Source: a virus
Lineage: Duplodnaviria > Caudoviricetes
Virus record (IMG/VR): IMGVR_UViG_3300005805_000441
Location: 1-25,447 of that record
Direction: 5' to 3' (one strand)
DNA: 25,447 bases
A model generated the notes under the pieces. It saw nothing but the letters and a program-made list of their open reading frames with translations, made no database searches and was not told where the DNA came from. Positions 19,001 through 24,405 of the stretch are shown here, piece by piece; position 1 is the first letter of the stretch, and every line of letters begins with the position of its first letter. The position numbers and the translations under genes are program-made.

Positions 19001-19867
19001 AAGGATTTTGTAGACAAACTCATCGGTACAAATGGGGTTTTACAGAATAATAAGCCATTAGCGACAATTATTTATGCAATAACCTATGTTAGAACTTTCA
19101 GTAGTCAAGGTGACCCCAATGGACAATTCGTTTCAAATAATAACAACTATGGATTGATAAGTTTGAATTCTCAATACGGAGACAGAGAACAATTTTTCTC
19201 AGGAAAAACTTATTACTGTTTCAACACACCAACCTTGGGGAATACAAAAAGTTTACCAATGGCTATGTTTGCAAGTGTGGACAAGTATCTAGATTTTATG
19301 ATATCAACCGTGTCGTCCAATGTTGCAAATATAGAAAATATCGGATTGACAAAGTATTATGTGACTCAATTCCCAACCCAAAATATGACAGAAGAAGACT
19401 ATATGAAAGATGAAAAGAGGTATAGCGACAATTTTGATGCAAAGTTTACGGAAGCTTTAATTAGTGCGGATAAATTAGGTTTAGATTCAGGTATTCTGGT
19501 TGAGAACCCACCACCAATTAACCAAAATCTTAACACTACACCATCTCCGACTCCAACATGCCCACCAACAATAGTGAGTTCATTTAGTCCATTACAAGGA
19601 AGACCAGGTACAATCATAACTTTGAATGGACAAAATATGCAGTACATAACTTCAATCTCAGTTACCTCTCAAACTAATACGACACCTACACCAGTTGACC
19701 ATAGGTCTATACAAATAATAGGAACCAACAAAATAAAGTTTTCACTCCCATCCTTACCAAACCAACCAATACCTGGCCAAATACTATTCAACGTTAATAG
19801 TACAAATAATCCCTCACCAATAACCGTTGGTTTACCACCAACGCCATTTGTTTATTTCCCATCATAA
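13055..19867 (+). CDS. Giant baseplate hub-like protein (gp27/P2 gpD-like) with C-terminal accessory domains, 2270 aa
   Basis: N-terminal beta-rich segment (GITSINVK..VSVELED..LTLKGYYG..YQITLDFQG); hub C-terminal signature RSYTCDVVCLGNALIQP..F.L..FNGPYMITQVQHQIS..FQTTFQGVR; terminal IPT/TIG-like domain; follows the LysM gene. Confidence 0.68.
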   Translation: MVDNFQADNNGNIYVEFDYNNIILVDPNRTVSLDGKINERLVDHESLVMFANLEADVLPRTKLLLGISPENSQRQTLSIAKINFLRPGKNNYLGTGYYDELTGKDSLQSQAGNQKLERTFSGGGKRALIESSVAFEENVVDNGLLGITSINVKVSSSFIPTVSVELEDVQGKALFQLGNQSPYASFFNLPYPQFYLTLKGYYGQAIKYQLNLMKFNARFNSQSGNYQITLDFQGFKFNVLNEITINHLLATPHMYSKRFEVSANNVVANPSANQSDLKTEQGAPKPVNNTSPDNNNRTSASFVSEKGYQKIVEVYSEYKSKGLVPPDFPELTLMQLINKFDTFQQRIVDSYPKVQVEPLTNIRNYVKVVQNYFDTIVGTNSSWFAKYTSPQHIVMKDGTKVYFLRKSILGDAVAENETLSRLDRDIKSFNLQLSENPTLGAGKPDEIKLQNLSIEKIILDTLNKADIDWFKTSQSFLNVAAPTSAQQGEVERQLDALYAERTVTKNGKTENVRPELFVFDGEGRFIQTINQIKTEATRKLQSIESAITADLKDRIQSTALGIGFNPTARNISAVIMANTEGFLRLIDDVHTNAWNVKYDSVRKATIQNNSSSAPNTEVRKNVNITNEAANQNQGLVTGQQPVYPWPQFFIESPEDKKGRFQLTYIGDPSVVNLTQGYLFEKWPEVEFVEEYMKGLSQKFSVPLAQSPIESQNTTFLISFNAIEYPQKSNLPYSNKEQLKFLYEIWERQFVTSRYSNFIRGTGNQIQNLLEYNKNVETNNIVKALGDTSPYLIYLIKNTPFTAQDFTNYLRQFSNEGVGRFWQDFIRDFFVTPYIKIETENPFSILQTNDLGLEPQSNVGIENLEQIVKGATNEPFIIDTYPFRNYEWSSKNMANSAQSQQQQVYDTKKSLKVFQDRSVISNFTNIYDYSTNRPVTNFSYKTALIPTFVTQPSETNRDNLFNYFKNKNENPNELIPTEGSVRYLTPSGSLEPLKISSMMNTPYFINAIQEGVTKEKNKEKYPYVSAAYLFLNSLPLSSLRERYKTENIEEDLDFVASCFNKFGAIHKMPYPWILKMGSIWHRYKEFIDNGIDILGNVWKNFDYIGNFDPQTNNVSKVYNLELTQGVSTTISLQTQSSTEIKLQPGFYPKLINDFNRFLNGTDLYSTYSDSEIQKSINNGMLLYQFPNSKIIATEGGVSLNLSTWSVLVPKNIKKSSVSANDCVPKPNDTISKDFYIVPSFGCNLNQAAVECLQQNTTLTTVNLTSNPSMYNGSVRTFWAASNFGYFDNNQITRPTYQEYINIIDPQVSKQQPFKIWAIPEYSKIEEIFGVFDSKSLNIMEQEFLNFCKPSTDISFPIGQNIIEKNNYMMNATYKNFQALIRSLMTVLPIPTTDKSLIFQEAIPKQFENFKNTIQGFMEYDWIVRNGNPSKYSRRIWDSYLSFNSTATIVDPIFFDYYVANSLPTNGGTTTLASSIANFPNEWNTLYKEVGFSTINGLTYTDNGSYITDFFVDNNIKFSVDNIALLSQIIKMYATTKMVSSSTSVSQFKTSLQNYLNGQSTLQGNLLGLVINSIKAKLPNYEQPKEATINSQVQSMQGKVETYEVFKSLNDKWVAGSDYKSKTLFEDILFLDRASRNIGDTIILDIFDIKSMLSKNHLNENMTVYTLLAGLLMKNNFTVMPLPAYVNFYNVQEVDGISVPNPEGSLAFANNLWGTFTNVDYRKTGPKMVCFYVGKPSSHLELPDNVSGYGNDAFELRRSSEVPLLEDQNNKSDWALSNKCVGFNVDIGVRNQNIFSSFSVGQDNGVATSESIQVVTEMINQTNTRTVGNQAANLYNYYKNRSYTCDVVCLGNALIQPTMYFNLRHVPMFNGPYMITQVQHQISAGNFQTTFQGVRQGIYDLPPIDNFLQAINQNLLSQIEALVIQKTDQKTTDGTTSQDKGNDIQTGGNGQSVAADNSCIANLNANYDTNGFQIGTPQQTTITAKDFVDKLIGTNGVLQNNKPLATIIYAITYVRTFSSQGDPNGQFVSNNNNYGLISLNSQYGDREQFFSGKTYYCFNTPTLGNTKSLPMAMFASVDKYLDFMISTVSSNVANIENIGLTKYYVTQFPTQNMTEEDYMKDEKRYSDNFDAKFTEALISADKLGLDSGILVENPPPINQNLNTTPSPTPTCPPTIVSSFSPLQGRPGTIITLNGQNMQYITSISVTSQTNTTPTPVDHRSIQIIGTNKIKFSLPSLPNQPIPGQILFNVNSTNNPSPITVGLPPTPFVYFPS

Positions 19868-19885
19868 GATTTGTTCATTTCAATA

Positions 19886-19893
19886 TATTTATA
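19886..19893 (+). promoter_or_regulatory. Candidate late promoter TATTTATA before the 74-aa gene
   Basis: Exact motif in a 38-nt gap. Confidence 0.62.
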
Positions 19894-19905
19894 ATAAAGA
19901 TTTTT

Positions 19906-20130
19906 ATGGATATCAAACAAGCATTAAACAACTATCTTGGAAAACAAGTAAAGTTTTCACAACAAGACAATGGTGATGGCACTAAAGAGGTTTGTGATTT
20001 GGATACAGGTGAATGTTACGTTGTAAGAGAAAGAGACGGTTTGATTGAAAGAGCGGGACATCAAGTATACACAAACAGAAAAGTAAAAGTTGAAACCGCC
20101 AAAGGTATAAAGCAATTATTAAATGGTTAA
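19906..20130 (+). CDS. Hypothetical protein (74 aa)
   Basis: Clean ORF behind a TATTTATA motif; contains CDLDTGEC and RERDGLIER; no family recognised. Confidence 0.8.
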   Translation: MDIKQALNNYLGKQVKFSQQDNGDGTKEVCDLDTGECYVVRERDGLIERAGHQVYTNRKVKVETAKGIKQLLNG

Positions 20131-20134
20131 TAAA

Positions 20135-20800
20135 ATGGGATTAGATAAAAAAATAATCAGCGAGATTGAAAGATATAAGAAAATCAATCGTTACATAATG
20201 GAACAGGATATTGCGGCTCTCCCTGGTATTGAACCTGGTGCGACCGATGCTATTCCACCAACAGGTGCTGGGGCGGGTGCTCCTGAACCTCCAGCTCCAC
20301 CCGCAGCTCCTACGGCTACAGGTACCACAACCCCTGAAAAGATTGATGTAGAAAACGACCCTGATGTTGAAAAAATTGATGACGAGGGACAATCAACAGA
20401 GACTGAAGAAGGAGGAAAAGAGGAGTTGGATGTTACAGAGCTTGTTTCATCACAAAAAAATATTGAATCTAAACAAGAGGAATATTTTGACAATCTTTTC
20501 CAACAACTTTCTAAATTGGAATCCAAATTGTCTGAAATGGATAATTTGATGAACAGATTGAACACAATAGAAACCAAACTTGAAAAATACAGGGAGAAAA
20601 CTCCACAAGAAAAATTGGAATTGAGAACTTATGATTCCTATCCCTTCAATCAAAAATTATCGGACTTCTTTACTGATAAAAAAGAAGAAATGGAAAAGAC
20701 AGGAAAACATGATTATGTTCTAACATCTGACGATGTAGAGGATATTAATCCAAGTGAGATAAGACAATCTTTTCAACCCGATGAGGACAAATTTGTATAA
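20135..20800 (+). CDS. Hypothetical acidic protein with Pro/Ala-rich linker and coiled coil
   Basis: The ORF track starts at 20123, but the ATG at 20135 (just after the upstream stop, A-rich leader) is more likely; PEPPAPPAAP linker, heptad region LSKLESKLSEMDNLMNRLNTIETKLEK. Confidence 0.78.
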   Translation: MGLDKKIISEIERYKKINRYIMEQDIAALPGIEPGATDAIPPTGAGAGAPEPPAPPAAPTATGTTTPEKIDVENDPDVEKIDDEGQSTETEEGGKEELDVTELVSSQKNIESKQEEYFDNLFQQLSKLESKLSEMDNLMNRLNTIETKLEKYREKTPQEKLELRTYDSYPFNQKLSDFFTDKKEEMEKTGKHDYVLTSDDVEDINPSEIRQSFQPDEDKFV

Positions 20801-20809
20801 AAATCTTAG

Positions 20810-20833
20810 AAAGGACACTTCGGTGTCCTTTTT
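20810..20833 (+). terminator. Intrinsic terminator with C(UUCG)G tetraloop ending the structural block
   Basis: AAAGGACAC-TTCG-GTGTCCTTT followed by further T. Confidence 0.9.
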
Positions 20834-20835
20834 AA

Positions 20836-20867
20836 TTTGACATATGGGTGATTACCAATTATATTTT
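20836..20867 (+). promoter_or_regulatory. Host-RNAP-type (early/middle) promoter of the replication operon
   Basis: TTGACA (20837-20842), 17 bp, TATATT (20860-20865); also fits the Bacteroidota TTTG-N20-TAnnTTTG consensus with one mismatch. Confidence 0.7.
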
Positions 20868-20890
20868 ATAAACATTAAAACATCTTAATT

Positions 20891-21745
20891 ATGAGTAACG
20901 TATTAGACGCCGTATTGGCACAGTATGAAAAAAACCAAATCGGGGGCGGGGCCCAATCAAAAATGTCGCAAGACGAAAGAATGAAAAAGTATTTCGCTTT
21001 AATCCTCGGGGATAAAGAGAAATCAGGTCAGAGAAGAGTTAGAATCCTTCCTACCAAAGACGGTTCTTCACCGTTCAAAGAGGCTTGGTATCATGAAATC
21101 CAAGTGGGTGGTCAATGGCAAAAGTTTTACGACCCAGGAAAAAATGATAACGAGCGTTCTCCATTAAACGAGGTTTATGAAGAGTTGATGAGTACAGGTA
21201 AAGATTCCGACAAGGAACTCGCTAAACAATACAAGTCTCGTAAATTCTACATCGTAAAAGTTATCGACAGAGATAATGAAGCTGATGGACCAAAGTTTTG
21301 GAGATTTAAACACAATTACAAAAATGAGGGTATTCTTGATAAGATTATTCCTATTTGGAGAAACAAAGGTGATATCACTGATGCTGAAACAGGTCGTGAC
21401 CTTATCATCGAATTGGCTAAATCTAAAACTCCAAAAGGTAAAGAATACACCACGGTATCTGCAATTATGTACGATGACCCAGCTCCTGTACATACAGACA
21501 AAGACCAAGCAAAGGCTTGGGTTGAAGATGAACTCAGTTGGACTGATGTATACAGTAAAAAACCTGTAGAATATCTCGAAGCAATTGCTAGAGGTGAAAC
21601 ACCAAAATGGGATTCTGAAAAGGGTGGTTATGTTTATGGTGACGAATCAGTTTCAGAAGAAACAATCGGTGGAGCAAAAAAGGTTTCTAAGAAATACGAA
21701 GACCCTCAAGCAGATTCTGAGGCAGACACAGATTTACCATTCTAA
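20891..21745 (+). CDS. Single-stranded DNA-binding protein (T4 gp32-like)
   Basis: RVRILP, PF..WYH, FYIVKVIDRD, GPKFWRF, GDITDAETGRDL pattern; acidic tail ending DTDLPF; adjacent to the recombinase. Confidence 0.85.
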   Translation: MSNVLDAVLAQYEKNQIGGGAQSKMSQDERMKKYFALILGDKEKSGQRRVRILPTKDGSSPFKEAWYHEIQVGGQWQKFYDPGKNDNERSPLNEVYEELMSTGKDSDKELAKQYKSRKFYIVKVIDRDNEADGPKFWRFKHNYKNEGILDKIIPIWRNKGDITDAETGRDLIIELAKSKTPKGKEYTTVSAIMYDDPAPVHTDKDQAKAWVEDELSWTDVYSKKPVEYLEAIARGETPKWDSEKGGYVYGDESVSEETIGGAKKVSKKYEDPQADSEADTDLPF

Positions 21746-21754
21746 TTTTATAAC

Positions 21755-21782
21755 ATGTTCCCGACATCTGTGTCGGGAACAT
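21755..21782. repeat. Perfect 12-bp inverted repeat without a U tract
   Basis: ATGTTCCCGACA-TCTG-TGTCGGGAACAT between the SSB and RecA genes. Confidence 0.85.
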
Positions 21783-21798
21783 CTATTATCACTATAAT

Positions 21799-22800
21799 AT
21801 GGCTATTAAGAAAAATGATTTTAGTAACTTAAAGAAGAAGTTTTCGACTTCAGCGAGATATAAACCACAAAGGTTTTTAGACTTGGGTTCAGACTTCTTG
21901 GATGCCGTAGGACTTCCTGGTCCTGCGATTGGACATATCAATATGTTCTTGGGTCACTCTGACACAGGAAAAACGACAGCCGCTATCAAAGCAGCGGTTG
22001 ATGCACAGAAGAAAGAAATACTTCCTGTCTTTATTATAACAGAACAGAAGTGGAGCTTTGACCACGCTAAGTTGATGGGATTCCAATGTGAAGAGGTTGT
22101 AGATAAAGAAACAGGTGAATTGGATTGGGATGGTTTTTTCTTGTTCAACAATAACTTCAGCTACATTGAACAGATAACTGATTACATAAATCAACTTCTT
22201 GACGCTCAAGAAAAGGGCGAGTTAAACTATAGTCTTTGTTTTATTTGGGATTCAGTAGGTTCTGTACCGTGTAAGATGACATACGAGGGTAAAGGTGGTA
22301 AACAACATAACGCATCAGTTCTATCAGATAAGATTGGTATGGGAATCAATCAGAGAATTTCAGGCTCAAGGAAAGCCGATACAGACTACGAGAACACATT
22401 AATCATTATCAATCAACCTTGGGTAGAATTACCTGACAATCCATTTGGTCAACCTAAAATTAAGGCTAAAGGTGGAGAATCAGTTTGGTTGAATTCATCT
22501 CTCGTATTTTTATTCGGTAATCAAAAGGGTGCGGGTACAACTAAGATTACTGCAACCAAAGACAAACGTTCAGTAAAGTTTGCTGTGAGGAGTAAGATAT
22601 CAGTTATGAAAAACCACATCAACGGACTTGGATTCGATGATGGTAGAATAATTGTCACACCACATGGATTCTTGGCTGGTAAAGATTCAACTGAAGAAAA
22701 AGCTTCAATTGAGTCTTACAAAAAAGAATATGCTGACTATTGGAAAGATATCATCGGTGCAGAGGGAGACTTTACACTTACGGAAGAAAAAGAAGACTAA
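21799..22800 (+). CDS. RecA/UvsX-like recombinase
   Basis: Walker A GHSDTGKT, catalytic-Glu region IITEQK, Walker B FIWDSVG, IIINQ, KGG (L2 loop), KNH. Confidence 0.92.
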   Translation: MAIKKNDFSNLKKKFSTSARYKPQRFLDLGSDFLDAVGLPGPAIGHINMFLGHSDTGKTTAAIKAAVDAQKKEILPVFIITEQKWSFDHAKLMGFQCEEVVDKETGELDWDGFFLFNNNFSYIEQITDYINQLLDAQEKGELNYSLCFIWDSVGSVPCKMTYEGKGGKQHNASVLSDKIGMGINQRISGSRKADTDYENTLIIINQPWVELPDNPFGQPKIKAKGGESVWLNSSLVFLFGNQKGAGTTKITATKDKRSVKFAVRSKISVMKNHINGLGFDDGRIIVTPHGFLAGKDSTEEKASIESYKKEYADYWKDIIGAEGDFTLTEEKED

Positions 22801-22803
22801 TAT

Positions 22804-22893
22804 ATGAGCACCGACGGAATTGTTATATTCTTTTCATTATTTGCTCTTTATGTTCTTATTCAATATATTACTTCATCGTTCAAAAAAGATTGA
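22804..22893 (+). CDS. Putative 29-aa single-pass membrane peptide
   Basis: ATG 3 nt after the RecA stop; MSTDGIVIFFSLFALYVLIQYITSSFKKD; fills the gap before the exonuclease gene. Confidence 0.5.
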   Translation: MSTDGIVIFFSLFALYVLIQYITSSFKKD

Positions 22894-22913
22894 TTCACGT
22901 TTAAATAGATTAT

Positions 22914-23915
22914 GTGACTAAGACATTGTTGGTAGATGGGGACAACCTATTTAAGATTGGATTTCACGGGGTCAAAGACCTTTATAGCGACGGCTCACAC
23001 ATAGGTGGGGTATATCATTTCGTCAATACAATCAGAAGATTTTTGGAAATGCACAATCATGATAAGGTGATTGTTTTTTGGGATGGTGACTCTAATTCAT
23101 CAATCAGGAAATCCATTTACCCACAATACAAGGGTAATCGTCGACAAGACATGAATGAGTACAAATACGAATCTTACTTGCAACAAAAAGCAAGAGTAAA
23201 GATGTATTTGGAGGAGGTATATGTTCGACAAGTCGAGATGATTAACAACGAGGCTGACGACCTAATATCCTACTATACGCAAATAGCGACTGATGAAGAG
23301 ATTATTATATTCTCAGCGGATAAAGACCTTACACAGTTGATTAACCCAAGGGTGACTATCTATTCACCTGTAGGGAAAGGGTATCTTAAGAACGGTGATA
23401 AAATAACCATCAACAAAGTGGACATTCCTCACTACAATGTGACTTTGACCAAAGTTATGACTGGTGATAAATCAGATAACATTGATGGTATAGAAGGATT
23501 GGGTGAAAAAACTTTGGTAAAACTTTTTCCCATTATGCTTGAAAAACCATGCACTATCGAGGAAATATTGGATTATGCACGAAATATCAAACAAAAGAAA
23601 CTTCCAAAATCGTTACAAAATATTTTGACTGGACGGACCAAAAATGGTATACTTGGAGAACAGTTCTATCTTATTAATAAACAAATCGTTGACCTCAAAA
23701 ATCCATTGATTACGGACGACGGTAAAGCCTTGGTAGAACAAATTCATACCGATACAATTGACCCCACAGACAGAGGCTATAAAAACTTGATGAGACTGAT
23801 GATGGAGGACGGACTTTTCAAGTATCTACCTACCAATGGTGAAGCGTGGGTAAACTTCCTTAAACCTTTTATGAAGTTAATCAGAAAAGAAAAACGAAAT
23901 ACAAACAAAAACTAA
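22914..23915 (+). CDS. 5'-3' exonuclease / flap endonuclease (Pol I N-terminal / T4 RNase H-like)
   Basis: LLVDG, VFWDG, YPQYKGNR, EADDLI, SADKDLTQL, GDKSDNIDGIEGLGEKT (helix-hairpin-helix type); GTG start. Confidence 0.94.
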   Translation: MTKTLLVDGDNLFKIGFHGVKDLYSDGSHIGGVYHFVNTIRRFLEMHNHDKVIVFWDGDSNSSIRKSIYPQYKGNRRQDMNEYKYESYLQQKARVKMYLEEVYVRQVEMINNEADDLISYYTQIATDEEIIIFSADKDLTQLINPRVTIYSPVGKGYLKNGDKITINKVDIPHYNVTLTKVMTGDKSDNIDGIEGLGEKTLVKLFPIMLEKPCTIEEILDYARNIKQKKLPKSLQNILTGRTKNGILGEQFYLINKQIVDLKNPLITDDGKALVEQIHTDTIDPTDRGYKNLMRLMMEDGLFKYLPTNGEAWVNFLKPFMKLIRKEKRNTNKN

Positions 23916-23920
23916 AAACT

Positions 23921-24373
23921 ATGAAAGAACAAGACAGTACGAAAATGGAATTTTTATTGACATTGAATGACAACATTGTCGTACAAAGATTTTTCAACGT
24001 GAGGGGATACAACCCAAAAGCAAAAAACTCTGTTGAACTTTACGAGTTCATCAAAGCACTCAAGGAAGAACTTGAGTATTATTTGAAAATGAAAACCGTC
24101 ACCTACATGATGGACAACAAAGAGGCAATTCAACATGACCCGACAATCATGGAGACCTCATTCACCGAGGGACCTGAATATTTTAATATTTTTGTGAAGT
24201 TGGGTGAACAGACACTTTGTCATAGAATCTTTGATGGAAAAAGATTTCCTCCAAAAGTTCGTTACACGGTTGACGTAAGACCATATCTGAAAGATGTGTT
24301 GAAAGAGTTGACTGACATTTTTTCAAACAACAAATTAAATTACCAATATTTGGAATTTGATTTGGCTAAGTGA
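23921..24373 (+). CDS. Hypothetical protein (150 aa)
   Basis: Tightly packed ORF in the replication operon between exonuclease and helicase; no family recognised. Confidence 0.8.
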   Translation: MKEQDSTKMEFLLTLNDNIVVQRFFNVRGYNPKAKNSVELYEFIKALKEELEYYLKMKTVTYMMDNKEAIQHDPTIMETSFTEGPEYFNIFVKLGEQTLCHRIFDGKRFPPKVRYTVDVRPYLKDVLKELTDIFSNNKLNYQYLEFDLAK

Positions 24374-24405
24374 GTATTTACTAAAGAGAGGGGTATAGAT
24401 TAATT

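Noticed and set aside
66-19867. Bacterial extracellular contractile injection system or tailocin
   Set aside because: The module is contiguous with phage-type SSB, recombinase, exonuclease and helicase genes and has late-promoter-like motifs; a phage genome is the simpler explanation, although no head genes are in the window.
24375-24381. TATTTAC before the helicase as another late promoter
   Set aside because: Only a 6/8 match in AT-rich DNA; insufficient support.
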